Part shown: in pieces, positions 35,561-45,544 of the stretch
Numbering within the stretch: position 1 is the first letter of the stretch
Layout: each line of letters begins with the position of its first letter
Assembly: GCA_947624575.1 (NCBI GenBank)
Contig: CANQKY010000001.1
Span: 4,964 to 68,963 of the forward strand
DNA: 64,000 nucleotides
Direction: 5' to 3'
From: an uncultured Clostridia bacterium
GTDB lineage: Bacteria > Bacillota > Clostridia > Oscillospirales > Ruminococcaceae
The notes under the pieces: model-generated
What the model was told of the DNA's origin: nothing
What the model saw: only the letters and a program-made list of their open reading frames with translations
The model's database searches: none
Translations under genes and position numbers: made by a program

Positions 35561-37421
35561 AAAAATACTCAGTATGATTTTCATTGCGCCGCTGCTGCTC
35601 ATCGCTCTCCTTTACGGAGGCGGGTATATTGCACAGTTCATGCGCAATTACAGCGAATGGCAAAATGCAGGTAACTCTCCCGGCAACGGAACTTCTCCGG
35701 TTATGCCGTCTTTCTCTCCGGCAGAATGCTTTTCCGCCATCTTCACCTGGCCTTACGGAATATTCGGTATTCTGATCTGCGTCGGCGTTTTGGCGCTGCT
35801 TCTTGTTATGGTGATGCGGATGGGCTACAGTGAAACAGGAGAATACGACAAGGAACGGAATTTCATTTACTCCCGCAAGGGTACTTACGGCACAGCCGGG
35901 TTTATGGATGAAAAAGAAGCCGGGGAGATCTTCGATCTGACCAATGACCTGAAAAAGCATACCGGCACCATATTTGGGATGCTGGACGGACGGTATGTGT
36001 GTATGCCGAAGGGCAGTATGTTCAACCGGAATGTGGCGGTGTACGGCGCCAGCGGCTCTATGAAAACGAGAGCTTACTGCATCAACCGCATTTTGCAGTC
36101 TGCGGCACAAGGCGAGTCCCTGATCATCTGTGACCCGAAATCCGAACTGTATGAGGTCACAAGCGAATATCTGCGAAGCCGAAGATATACGGTGCGGGTA
36201 TTTAATCTGGTATCTCCGGAAAATTCCGACTCCTGGAACTGTCTCTCTGAGATCGAGGGGGACGAGCTGATGGCGCAGCTTTTTTGTGATGTTATCATCA
36301 AGAATACCGGGAATGAACGGGGCGACCATTTTTGGGACGCAGCGGAGATGAACCTGCTCAAGGCGCTGGTTCTTTATGTGGAGCAAGGCTATCCGCCGGA
36401 GCGGAAAAACATTGGTGAGGTATATAAGCTATTGACGCTCAGCAGTGAAAAGGAACTGAACAGCCTATTTGATATGCTTCCGTCCGGGCATCCCGCCAGA
36501 GCGCCCTTTGCTATTTTCCGGCAATCTTCGGAAACAGTGCGCAGCGGCGTGATCGTCGGTCTTGGCTCCCGTATTCAGGTGTTCCAAAACAAGCGGATCC
36601 GCGATATGACAAGCCATAACGAGATCGATATGGTGTTGCCCGGCAAACAGCCCTGCGCTTATTACTGTATCACCAGCGATCAGGACAGCACCTTTGATTT
36701 TCTGTCCTCGCTGTTTTTATCCTTTGTGTTTATCAAGCTTGTCCGATATGCAGATAAGAACTGCGAGGGCGGATGCCTTGCCGTTCCGGTCCATGTGCTG
36801 GGTGAGGAATTGACCGCCTGCGGCGTGATCCCCGATCTGAGTCGGAAAATCAGCGTCATTCGATCTCGAAACATCAGCATTTCCTGCGTATTTCAAAATT
36901 TAGCAGGGCTTCAAAACCGCTATCCATATAACCAGTGGCAGGAGATACTCGGGAATTGTGATATTCAACTGTTTTTAGGCTGTGTGGATGAGCTGACCGC
37001 AAAATATATCAGCGACCGATCCGGTGAAGTGAGCGTCCATGTTTCAAGCAAGGCAAAGCAGCTCGGCACCTGGCGCATTTCCAACTACACGCCGGAATAC
37101 CGGGAAACCAGCGGTGTCGGAAAACGCAAGCTGCTGACCATGGACGAGGTCATGCGTCTGCCGATTTCAAAGGCTTTGGTAATCGTTCGTGGGAAGAAGC
37201 TTTTACAGGTAGATAAATGTGATTACACCTGTCACCCCGAAAGTAAAAAGCTGAAATCCTGCAAAGCGTCCGCACATATCCCGGAGTGGACAAAGCAGAG
37301 CATGAAGGAGGTGGACGATGCACCTATCTTGCCAAAGAAATCCGGCAGAAAGAAAAAGCCGGCAGCGGCATCCGCCGTAGTTGCAACAGACAAAGATAGC
37401 ATTATGTCAAAAGATGAATAG
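35547..37421 (+). CDS. Type IV coupling protein (VirD4/TraG/TraD family)
   Basis: N-terminal TM helices. Walker A GASGSMKT. Length and layout match T4CPs. Overlaps the upstream gene. Confidence 0.8.
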   Translation: MNHRKKILSMIFIAPLLLIALLYGGGYIAQFMRNYSEWQNAGNSPGNGTSPVMPSFSPAECFSAIFTWPYGIFGILICVGVLALLLVMVMRMGYSETGEYDKERNFIYSRKGTYGTAGFMDEKEAGEIFDLTNDLKKHTGTIFGMLDGRYVCMPKGSMFNRNVAVYGASGSMKTRAYCINRILQSAAQGESLIICDPKSELYEVTSEYLRSRRYTVRVFNLVSPENSDSWNCLSEIEGDELMAQLFCDVIIKNTGNERGDHFWDAAEMNLLKALVLYVEQGYPPERKNIGEVYKLLTLSSEKELNSLFDMLPSGHPARAPFAIFRQSSETVRSGVIVGLGSRIQVFQNKRIRDMTSHNEIDMVLPGKQPCAYYCITSDQDSTFDFLSSLFLSFVFIKLVRYADKNCEGGCLAVPVHVLGEELTACGVIPDLSRKISVIRSRNISISCVFQNLAGLQNRYPYNQWQEILGNCDIQLFLGCVDELTAKYISDRSGEVSVHVSSKAKQLGTWRISNYTPEYRETSGVGKRKLLTMDEVMRLPISKALVIVRGKKLLQVDKCDYTCHPESKKLKSCKASAHIPEWTKQSMKEVDDAPILPKKSGRKKKPAAASAVVATDKDSIMSKDE

Positions 37422-37434
37422 GAGGTTTTACACA

Positions 37435-38655
37435 ATGCCAACGAAAAAAACAGAGATACCGGTTGAAGCCGAGGTTTTGGCGCCGGAGGAAGTCGCGGAA
37501 GCTGTCGATGAAACGGCAGCGCCTGCACAGGAGGATATCGATGAAACCGGATCGGAAGAACCTGTCGCTGACCCATCGCCGCCCAAGCCCAAACGCACGC
37601 GAAAAAAGAAGGAGGAAGATCAGCCTGTTTCAAAACCGTCTGATGAACCGTTACCGACGGAAGATTGGGAAAAGGAAACAGTGGCTGTAATCACCCCAGA
37701 AGCCGATACCGAAAAACCGCCAGTGACAGATCTGCAAAGTGAACTGAGATCAGACCCCATCCTGACTGTCCATGTCGGCACCAATGTGATAACCGAAGAA
37801 AGCATTGCCGACACTGTATGGCATGAAATTCGCAACGCCTATCGCACACGCCGTATTTTAACCGGTACGCTGGGCGGCATCGAGCAGAACGAGGCAGGAA
37901 AAACTCTGGCTATCGTAGAATACAAGGGCTATCGGATTGTGATCCCCTTAAAAGAGATGGTCATGCACTTGCCGAACGATCTTTCCGGCAAAGAGTACAG
38001 GGAAATGATGATACGGCAGAATAAGATGCTGAGCAATATGCTCGGCGCAGAGATCGACTTTATTGTACGGGGTATCGATTCTACTACACGGAGCATTGTT
38101 GCCAGCCGCCGTGAAGCCATGCTGAAAAAGCGGGAGCAGTTTTATATGGAGGCGGATGAAAACGGTATGTTCCGTGTGTATGACGGCCGCATCGTGCAAG
38201 CCCGCGTCATTGCAGTTGCCGAAAAGGCAATCCGTATTGAAGCCTTTGGCGTTGAGTGTTCTATCATGGCGCGCGATTTATCATGGGATTGGATCGGTGA
38301 TGCACATGAACGCTTTTCGGTCGGTGATCAAATTCTGGTTCGGATTCGCAGTGTGAAACGGGAGAGCGTTGAGGAGCTTTCCATTCAGGCAGATGTCAAA
38401 AGTGTATCTGAGAAACGGCAGAACAATTTAAATCTCTGTCGCATTCAAGGAAAGTATGCCGGTAAGGTAACAGATGTGCATAAGGGTGTGGTTTATATCC
38501 GACTGACAAACGGCGTCAACGCAATTGCCCATGCCTGCTATGACCGCCGCATGCCGGGAAAGAAGGACGATGTCAGCTTTGCTGTGACGCATATTGATGA
38601 GGAAAGGGGAGTTGCACTGGGTATTATCACCCGCATTATCAAGCAAAACCTGTAG
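37435..38655 (+). CDS. S1/OB-fold domain protein with acidic Pro-rich N-terminus
   Basis: ATG 37435 after an AGGAGG RBS. S1-like segments GRIVQARVIAVAEKAIRIEAFGVE and GKYAGKVTDVHKGVVYIRLTNGV. Confidence 0.5.
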   Translation: MPTKKTEIPVEAEVLAPEEVAEAVDETAAPAQEDIDETGSEEPVADPSPPKPKRTRKKKEEDQPVSKPSDEPLPTEDWEKETVAVITPEADTEKPPVTDLQSELRSDPILTVHVGTNVITEESIADTVWHEIRNAYRTRRILTGTLGGIEQNEAGKTLAIVEYKGYRIVIPLKEMVMHLPNDLSGKEYREMMIRQNKMLSNMLGAEIDFIVRGIDSTTRSIVASRREAMLKKREQFYMEADENGMFRVYDGRIVQARVIAVAEKAIRIEAFGVECSIMARDLSWDWIGDAHERFSVGDQILVRIRSVKRESVEELSIQADVKSVSEKRQNNLNLCRIQGKYAGKVTDVHKGVVYIRLTNGVNAIAHACYDRRMPGKKDDVSFAVTHIDEERGVALGIITRIIKQNL

Positions 38656-38722
38656 CTGTTGAAAACCGGGAGTAAAAATCGTAAAGAAAGATAAGACGAG
38701 AAAATAAAGGAGGTTTTATATT

Positions 38723-39502
38723 ATGCGTAAAATAAGTCTTGTCTTAATTGTGATTTCTCTGCTGTTGTTGACCGGCTGCAGTAGAAAGAAAGAGGTGGTT
38801 TTCTCTGTTGAGGATCAAACCGCCCGTGCTGCGGAAAGTGTGGCTGTAACTTCGGATGCAAAGTCCGATGAAAATGAAACGATCTCTCTTGGACCATCAG
38901 AGAGTATGACAGATGAAAATATCATATTTTCTGAAACTGACGGCAACCGGAGCAGCGATGCGGAAAGAATGAAAACAGGCGAGGGACCCGGAACGGCAGC
39001 GGTACAGACGAATGCGGCGCAAAGCACAGTGTCGGCGGACACTTCTGCACGACCGACCGTTCCCGCGCAGGTAAAAGGGGAAACGGCTGCCTCGGCTATG
39101 CCGCCGTCTGCCGTTTCCTCTGCGGCTGCATCTATGCCGGAAGCGTCGTCTGCACCGCCCGTATCACAGCCGACAACGCCGCCGGAAAGCAGCTCACCTG
39201 CCGACGCACCGTCACAAGCCGAATCGCAACCGGAATCGTCTGTTCCGTCTATGCCGGTCATTGACATAGATTACTACATCAACTATGCCATTGCATACGG
39301 ACAGAGCATCGGACTTACCTACCTGCCCGGAGAGAGTGACTCCTGGAACGCGCCTACCGTGATCAACGGAAGCAACCGCGAGGCGGTGGAGCGTGAGATC
39401 CGAGAGGGCTTGGATTACACAAAGCAGATAGATAAACACACTACTTTCCATGTGTGGGCAGTGAAACGCCCGGACGGAAAGTACGAATTATACGGTATTT
39501 AA
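38723..39502 (+). CDS. Lipoprotein with Ser/Pro/Ala-rich low-complexity linker
   Basis: Lipobox LLLLTGCS after a signal peptide. Confidence 0.6.
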   Translation: MRKISLVLIVISLLLLTGCSRKKEVVFSVEDQTARAAESVAVTSDAKSDENETISLGPSESMTDENIIFSETDGNRSSDAERMKTGEGPGTAAVQTNAAQSTVSADTSARPTVPAQVKGETAASAMPPSAVSSAAASMPEASSAPPVSQPTTPPESSSPADAPSQAESQPESSVPSMPVIDIDYYINYAIAYGQSIGLTYLPGESDSWNAPTVINGSNREAVEREIREGLDYTKQIDKHTTFHVWAVKRPDGKYELYGI

Positions 39503-39576
39503 GAAAATAAAAAAGTATGAAACGGCGTGCCGAAAGGTGCGCCGTTTTGCATTTGCGAAAAGAGGTATCAAGTAAT

Positions 39577-42500
39577 ATGAAAAAACGGATCATAGCGTTT
39601 TTGGTGACGCTTTCCCTGCTGATTACCATGTTGGTCGGGACAGCCACCACCGCACAGGCAATGACGGTCAATCTGTATGTCACCAATCTGCCCCGTGCGG
39701 CAGAGCAAAACAGGACAGGCTGGGGCTGCCCTGCGGATTTATACCTTGCAGCAGGCTGGTTCCACGGTCGGTCATCGGACAATCTCGTGATTACCCAAGG
39801 GGATTACACCGGTAAGGTGGCATATTGTATCGAACCGGGCGTCAGACTATCGGCAAATTTTGATCAGAGCACTATAAACCAGTGGGATGAAAATCTGTGG
39901 GAGAACGGCTTTCTGACCAGCCCGCAGTTATCCTCCAGACAGATGCGGACATTGCTTGGTCGTATCCTCTACTACGGGTACGAGAACGAGACAGCGGAGC
40001 CGATCTTATGGGTATCCACCGATCAGATCGGCGCCACCAGTATCGCGCAGTATATCGCCACCCAGCTTCTCATTTGGGAAACAGTGGTGGGAGAACGAAT
40101 GCCGGACTTCACCAAGGTAAACGCCTCCCTGTACCGCGATGTGAGAGGACAGCCCTGCAGTCCGGTCATATCTCTGGTATCCCCTTCTCATCCTCTGTAT
40201 GGGCAGATTATGAGTGCATATGCCTATATCGAATCACAGGTGAAAAATCATAGTATGCTGCCAAGCTTTATGGCGGAGGATCCCCAGCTGGCAGAAACGG
40301 TGGAGCTGCAGCAGGACGGCAGCGGTTATACGGCAACGCTGACCGACACCAACGGTGTGCTCGGCAATTATAGTTTCAGCGCATCGGGTATCAGTTGCTC
40401 GGTAAGCGGAAACCAGTTGATCCTCCGCTCGGATACGCCGCTCACCGGCGAGATCACACTGTCCGCCAATAAAGGAGCAGCGCGGAAAGGTCTGCTGACG
40501 TGGACAGACGGGCAAACGGGGTATGCTTCCGACGCGAACAATATTCAGGATGTCGTAACCTATGGCGCAGATGTGGCCGACCCGATCTATGCCTATCTCA
40601 AACTGAAAAGCGAACAGTTCGGCAGCGCCAAGATCGTAAAGACTTCCGAGGACGGCAAGGTGGAGGGCGTCAAATTCCGTGTGGAGGGAAATGGGCTCGA
40701 TCAGATGGTGACCACCAATGCGTCGGGCGTGCTTCAAATCGATAACCTCATTCCCGGCGTATATACCGTGACAGAACTTGCGGAAGATAAATATGAACCA
40801 CAAGAAACGCGGCAGGTCACGGTCGTTGCCGGACAGACGGCGACCGTCACTTTTAACAACAAGCTGAAGCGCGGTGATCTGGCCGTCACTAAGACCGCCG
40901 AGGACGGGCTGGAGGAAGGTATGAAGTTCCATTTGTATGGCACATCTCTCTCCGGTCTGCCGGTGGACGAGTATGCCATCGTCGGTTCGGACGGTAAGGC
41001 AAAGTTTCAAGGCGTTTTGATTGGCACAGGATACACTCTCGAAGAAGTTGAAACACCTGACAGATATATCGTTCCTGATGAGCAGGAAGCCGATATTGAG
41101 TGGAAAAAGGTCACAAACAAATTCTTCGATAACGATTTGAAACGCGGCAATCTGACTGTTACCAAGACCGCTGAGGACGGGCTGGAGGAAGGTATGAAGT
41201 TCCATTTGTTCGGCACATCTCTCTCCGGTTTGCCGGTGGATGAGTACGCCATTGTCGGTTCGGACGGTAAGGCATATTTCAAGGACATCCTCATTGGCAC
41301 GGGCTATACGCTGGAGGAAGTTGAAACGCCTGACCGATATGTCGTACCCAAAAAGCAGACGGCGGCTGTTGAATGGAATAAGGTTACGGAGAAGTCCTTT
41401 GATAACCCCTTAAAAAAGTGGAACCTGACTGTTGCCAAGCGCGACAGCGAAACGGGTGTGCCGCAGGGCGATGCAACGCTTGCGGGCGCCGTGTACGGCG
41501 TGTATCAGGGTGATAAACTGATCGACCGGTATACGACCGATGCAGACGGCAAATTCACCACGAAATATTACCTTTGCGGCGATGATTGGAGTTTGCGTGA
41601 AATCACGCCGTCGGAAGGTTATCTTTTGGATGAAACCACTTACCATATCGGAGCGGAAGCAAAGAATTATACGGTAGAATACAACGCCGCTCCCGCTATC
41701 GGTTCGCCGGAGGATATCATCAAGGGCAAGATCGCCATTATCAAACACACCGACGATGGCAGTACGCAAATCGAAACGCCGGAGGTCGGCGCGGTTTTTG
41801 AGGTGTATCTCAAGAGCGTCGGCAGCTATGCGGCGGCTAAGGCAACCGAACGGGATCGCCTTATTTGTGATGAAAACGGCTTTGCCGAAACCAAGGAACT
41901 GCCCTACGGCGTTTATACCGTCCATCAGGTGAGTGGCTGGGACGGCCGCGACCTGCTGCCCGACTTCGATGTGTATATTGCAAAGGACGGTCAGACCTAC
42001 CGCTATCTTATCAACAATCACAACTTTGAAAGTTATATCAAGATCGTAAAAACCGATGCGGAAACCGGCAAAACCATTCCCTATGCGGGAGCAGGATTTC
42101 AGATCTATGATCCCGACGGAAATCTTGTTTCCATGAGCTACACCTACCCGCAGTTTACGACCATTGATACCTTTTACACCAATGCCGAGGGATATTTGCT
42201 CACTCCCGAAAAGCTGCCCTATGGCGAGGGCTATTCTATCGTAGAGGTGCAGGCGCCGTATGGGTATGTGCTAAACACCGACCCGGTGTATTTTGATGTG
42301 ACAGAAGAAAATTCCGCAGAGGAAGACACCGTGACCGTGGTGGAGGTGACCAAAGCGGATATGCCGCAGAAAGGGAATATCATTGTCACCAAGACCGGTG
42401 AGGTGTTCTCCTCAGTCACCGAGAACGGCGGTATCTATCAGCCGCGCTATGAGGAAACAGGGCTTCCCGGCGCCGTTTATGAGATCACCGCTGCCGAAGA

Positions 42501-44613
42501 TATTATCACGCCGGACGGCACACTTCGTTACGCCAAAGGCACGGTCGTGGATACCGTCACCACCGGTGAGCACGGCAAAGCTGTCAGCAAGGCGCTTTAT
42601 CTCGGAAAGTACGAGATTCGTGAAATCACCGCTCCTTACGGCATGGTATTGAACGAGGAAATCCGCGCCGTGGAACTGACCTATGCCGGACAGGAAACCA
42701 CGATCACCGAAACAGCAACCGAATTTTATAACAAGCGCCAGAAAGTCGAAATCGACCTCTCCAAAGTGATGGAGAAAGACGACCGCTTTGGTATCGGAAA
42801 TAACGACGAGATTTTGTCGGTGCAGTTTGGACTGTTCGCCGCCGAGGACATTGTGGCGGCAGACGGTACGAGGATTTCGAAGGATGGGCTCATTGAAACC
42901 GTGACCTGTGACGAAAACGGTTATGCCGTCTTTACAACCGATCTTCCCGTGAGTACGAAGTTGTATGTGAAGGAAATCGCTACGGACAGCCATTATATCC
43001 TCTCCGATACGCAGTACCCCGTTGCATTCAAATATGCCGGGCAGGAAGTGGCTGTCATTCATGTCACCGTGAATGACGGCGAATCCATTGAAAACGAAAT
43101 TCTCCGAGGGAATATTCTCGGTCACAAGACCGACCGGGAAACCAAAGAAAATATCGCAGGCGCAGTTTTCGGACTGTTTGCCTCTGACACCACCGAATAC
43201 ACCGAGGACAATGCAATCCTGACTGCCGTTACCGGCGAGGACGGCGTTTTCAAATTCGAGGATCTGCCGTATGGCAGTTATGTGATTGTGGAACTGCACC
43301 CTGCCGAGGGCTATCTCCCGAACACCGAGCCGCATCATGTCCATGTGACGACCGAGGCGGAGGTGATCGAGATCACGGTGGTCAATGACAAAATCCCCGA
43401 AATCGGCACAACGGCAACGACAGAGGAAGAAAAGCAAACCCACCCCAACGAGCAGATCACCATCGAGGATGAGGTGGAGTACAAGCACCTGATCCCCGGC
43501 AAGGAATATACCGTGAAAGGTATTCTCATGGATAAAGCCACCGGCGAACCCTTCCTTGTGAACGGCGAGCAGATTGTGTCCGAAGTCACTTTCATTCCCG
43601 AAGATTTCTCCGGCTTTGTGACCGTCACCTTTGTCTTTGACGGCACAGGTATCACGCAGAATACCGACCTTGTGGTGTTTGAGAGCCTATACAAAGACGG
43701 TCTGGCATTGACCGTTCACGCCGACATCGAAGATAAAGATCAAACTGTGACCGTACTGGTACCGGAGATCGGCACGACTGCCTCGGTAGACGGCGAAAAG
43801 GAAATATGCGCCACCGAGGTATTCACCCTTGAAGATGTTGTTTCCTATGAGAACCTGATCCCCGGCAAGGAGTATCTGCTCAAGGGCGTTCTGATGGACA
43901 AAACCACCGGCGAGCCGCTCCTGCTGAACGGCGAGGAAATCCGTTCGGAAATCACCTTCGTGCCGGAAGCGCCTGCCGGTGAGATAACGGTATCCTTCTC
44001 TTTCGATTCCAAGTATATCAAAGAGGACACGGATATTGTGGTATTTGAAAGCCTGTGTAAAGACGGTCTGGAACTGGCTGCTCATGCGGACATTGAAGAT
44101 GAAGGGCAGACCGTGAAGGTCCATGTGCCTGAAATCGGCACACAGGCGACTGCCAACGGCGAAAAAGAGGTCGAGGCAAAGGGCGAGATCACCATTGAGG
44201 ACACCGTTTCCTATCAGCATCTCACTCCCGGAAAGGAGTATACGATAAAGGGTGTTCTGATGAACAAAGCGACCGGTGAACCGTTCCTTGTAAACGGCAG
44301 GGAGCTGCACGCCGAAGCAACCTTTACTCCCGAAACCGCCGATGGCGAAGTGATCGTGTACTTTGCCTTTGACGCAGCTGGCATTATCGCCGAAACCGAA
44401 CTTGTTGTGTTTGAAACGCTCTACCGTGACGGTGTGGAGATCGCCGTTCACGCGGATATTGCGGACGAGGAACAGACAGTGACCCTAAAGCCTGTTTTGC
44501 CGGTTAGTCCCAAAACCGGTGTTCGCTATCCGCTGCGACTGCTTCTGCTAGCAGGCAGTTCGCTGGCAGTTATTCTTTTGACTGTCAATCGGAAGCGGTA
44601 TACTGCCGCATAA
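39577..44613 (+). CDS. Cell-wall-anchored thioester-domain / CnaB-type / VaFE-repeat adhesin (TIE-protein class)
   Basis: Signal peptide MKKRIIAFLVTLSLLITMLVGTATTAQA. Thioester-domain motifs AYCIEPG and ATQLLIWE. Repeated SpaA/CnaB-like modules and three VaFE-type repeats (LVVFES/IVVFES/LVVFET). C-terminal SPKTG plus hydrophobic helix plus NRKRY tail. Track start 39517 lies inside the upstream terminator hairpin. Confidence 0.85.
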   Translation: MKKRIIAFLVTLSLLITMLVGTATTAQAMTVNLYVTNLPRAAEQNRTGWGCPADLYLAAGWFHGRSSDNLVITQGDYTGKVAYCIEPGVRLSANFDQSTINQWDENLWENGFLTSPQLSSRQMRTLLGRILYYGYENETAEPILWVSTDQIGATSIAQYIATQLLIWETVVGERMPDFTKVNASLYRDVRGQPCSPVISLVSPSHPLYGQIMSAYAYIESQVKNHSMLPSFMAEDPQLAETVELQQDGSGYTATLTDTNGVLGNYSFSASGISCSVSGNQLILRSDTPLTGEITLSANKGAARKGLLTWTDGQTGYASDANNIQDVVTYGADVADPIYAYLKLKSEQFGSAKIVKTSEDGKVEGVKFRVEGNGLDQMVTTNASGVLQIDNLIPGVYTVTELAEDKYEPQETRQVTVVAGQTATVTFNNKLKRGDLAVTKTAEDGLEEGMKFHLYGTSLSGLPVDEYAIVGSDGKAKFQGVLIGTGYTLEEVETPDRYIVPDEQEADIEWKKVTNKFFDNDLKRGNLTVTKTAEDGLEEGMKFHLFGTSLSGLPVDEYAIVGSDGKAYFKDILIGTGYTLEEVETPDRYVVPKKQTAAVEWNKVTEKSFDNPLKKWNLTVAKRDSETGVPQGDATLAGAVYGVYQGDKLIDRYTTDADGKFTTKYYLCGDDWSLREITPSEGYLLDETTYHIGAEAKNYTVEYNAAPAIGSPEDIIKGKIAIIKHTDDGSTQIETPEVGAVFEVYLKSVGSYAAAKATERDRLICDENGFAETKELPYGVYTVHQVSGWDGRDLLPDFDVYIAKDGQTYRYLINNHNFESYIKIVKTDAETGKTIPYAGAGFQIYDPDGNLVSMSYTYPQFTTIDTFYTNAEGYLLTPEKLPYGEGYSIVEVQAPYGYVLNTDPVYFDVTEENSAEEDTVTVVEVTKADMPQKGNIIVTKTGEVFSSVTENGGIYQPRYEETGLPGAVYEITAAEDIITPDGTLRYAKGTVVDTVTTGEHGKAVSKALYLGKYEIREITAPYGMVLNEEIRAVELTYAGQETTITETATEFYNKRQKVEIDLSKVMEKDDRFGIGNNDEILSVQFGLFAAEDIVAADGTRISKDGLIETVTCDENGYAVFTTDLPVSTKLYVKEIATDSHYILSDTQYPVAFKYAGQEVAVIHVTVNDGESIENEILRGNILGHKTDRETKENIAGAVFGLFASDTTEYTEDNAILTAVTGEDGVFKFEDLPYGSYVIVELHPAEGYLPNTEPHHVHVTTEAEVIEITVVNDKIPEIGTTATTEEEKQTHPNEQITIEDEVEYKHLIPGKEYTVKGILMDKATGEPFLVNGEQIVSEVTFIPEDFSGFVTVTFVFDGTGITQNTDLVVFESLYKDGLALTVHADIEDKDQTVTVLVPEIGTTASVDGEKEICATEVFTLEDVVSYENLIPGKEYLLKGVLMDKTTGEPLLLNGEEIRSEITFVPEAPAGEITVSFSFDSKYIKEDTDIVVFESLCKDGLELAAHADIEDEGQTVKVHVPEIGTQATANGEKEVEAKGEITIEDTVSYQHLTPGKEYTIKGVLMNKATGEPFLVNGRELHAEATFTPETADGEVIVYFAFDAAGIIAETELVVFETLYRDGVEIAVHADIADEEQTVTLKPVLPVSPKTGVRYPLRLLLLAGSSLAVILLTVNRKRYTAA
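40861..41411 (+). repeat. Two tandem ~92-codon coding repeats inside the adhesin gene
   Basis: LKRG(D/N)L(A/T)VTKTAEDGLEEGMKFHL(Y/F)GTSLSGLPVDEYAIVGSDGKA... occurs twice with near-identical nucleotide sequence. Confidence 0.85.
43393..44487 (+). repeat. Three tandem ~120-codon VaFE-type coding repeats inside the adhesin gene
   Basis: Each unit starts (V)PEIGT(T/Q)A and contains LIPGKEY...G(I/V)LMDK(A/T)TGEP...VVFE(S/T)L(Y/C)(K/R)DG...HADI(E/A)D. Confidence 0.85.
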
Positions 44614-44727
44614 CTGCACGACCAAAGTACCCCAAAAGGAGCCTTTCGTACCAAAGTAGTATAATAATATAGGTGGGTTTTTCGAATGGCTCCCATCGGG
44701 GTATGTTGAAAAGGACGGAAAAACCAA

Positions 44728-45072
44728 ATGGATCATGTCTATCATGTCTTTTATTCTTTTCTGTATGCAGCCGGCGGTGATTGGAGGAATACATTCTATA
44801 TTGACTGTCTTTCCTGTCAAGAGTCTGTTTCTTGCAATACCGGACATCTTCTTGTGGCTGATCGGGACGGAAATCCTCTTTTGATCCCCGTTTGGCTTTT
44901 TGAGAAACTGACCGGTGAGGTTGTGGATAAAAAGGAATGTATTGGGATCATTTGCAGGGAGGACTTTGAGAGTTTCTATCACTTGTGGTTGCTTTGGCAT
45001 ACAGAAACAAAACAGAAATGCAGCGTGCAACAAGTGCTGAAAAATATGTGGGGTTCCAATATGCAGGGATAG
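44728..45072 (+). CDS. Hypothetical protein
   Basis: 114-aa ORF co-directional with its neighbours. Competes with an antisense 180-aa ORF. No recognised domain. Confidence 0.3.
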   Translation: MDHVYHVFYSFLYAAGGDWRNTFYIDCLSCQESVSCNTGHLLVADRDGNPLLIPVWLFEKLTGEVVDKKECIGIICREDFESFYHLWLLWHTETKQKCSVQQVLKNMWGSNMQG

Positions 45073-45106
45073 CATATTATCTGATCCCAAACGAGGAGGT
45101 GAGATT

Positions 45107-45508
45107 ATGAAGAAAAAGACGGTATATTGCCCGTATTGCGGTGCGAAGGCGACTTTGCATCGGTCCAGTTACATATATGGCAGTGAAACTAAAAAAGAGG
45201 GTCTTGTATATGTCTGTGATCGCTATCCGCATTGTGATGCTTATGTGGCAGCTCATCTGCGAAGCAGGCTTCCAATGGGTACATTGGCAAATGGCGAGCT
45301 GCGGAATAAGCGGATTCAAGCGCATAAGGCATTTGACTGGCTGTGGAAAAGCGGGCGAATGAAAAAGTGGCAAGCCTATAAATGGATGCAGGGCAAGCTG
45401 GGTCTTAATGAACAACAGGCTCATATTGCCATGTTCAGCGAATACATGTGCGACCGGCTGATTGAACTTTGCGATCAAGCATATGAAAATATGAAGTCGG
45501 CGGCATAG
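45107..45508 (+). CDS. Zinc-ribbon protein (DUF3268-like)
   Basis: YCPYCGAKATL ... YVCDRYPHCDAYVAAH, with four Cys in two CxxC-like pairs. GGAGGTGA RBS. Confidence 0.5.
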   Translation: MKKKTVYCPYCGAKATLHRSSYIYGSETKKEGLVYVCDRYPHCDAYVAAHLRSRLPMGTLANGELRNKRIQAHKAFDWLWKSGRMKKWQAYKWMQGKLGLNEQQAHIAMFSEYMCDRLIELCDQAYENMKSAA

Positions 45509-45544
45509 CCGTCCATTACATTATGTGAGAAAGAAGGGAAGGAG

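Noticed and set aside
39517-39576. Upstream ATG giving the adhesin a 20-aa N-terminal extension (MKRRAERCAVLHLRKEVSSN).
   Set aside because: That ATG lies inside the terminator hairpin of the lipoprotein gene. ATG 39577 gives a canonical signal peptide.
40234-44451. Long antisense ORFs inside the adhesin gene (40234-41205, 41410-42021, 42412-43488, 43687-44451, minus strand).
   Set aside because: These are shadow ORFs of a GC-rich repetitive coding region. They have no RBS and low-complexity products, and they fully overlap a well-supported gene. The same reasoning applies to 29692-30420 and 31486-32250 (in VirB4), 35523-36386 (in the coupling protein) and 51824-52567.
40861-44487. Tandem repeats that might be mistaken for a CRISPR or satellite array.
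   Set aside because: The repeats are 276-363 nt, in frame, and encode adhesin domains. There is no short repeat-spacer architecture anywhere in the window.
44548-45090. 180-aa minus-strand ORF overlapping the 44728-45072 plus-strand ORF.
   Set aside because: Its orientation opposes the whole operon and it overlaps the adhesin 3' end. Neither ORF has a recognisable domain. I kept the co-directional one at low confidence.
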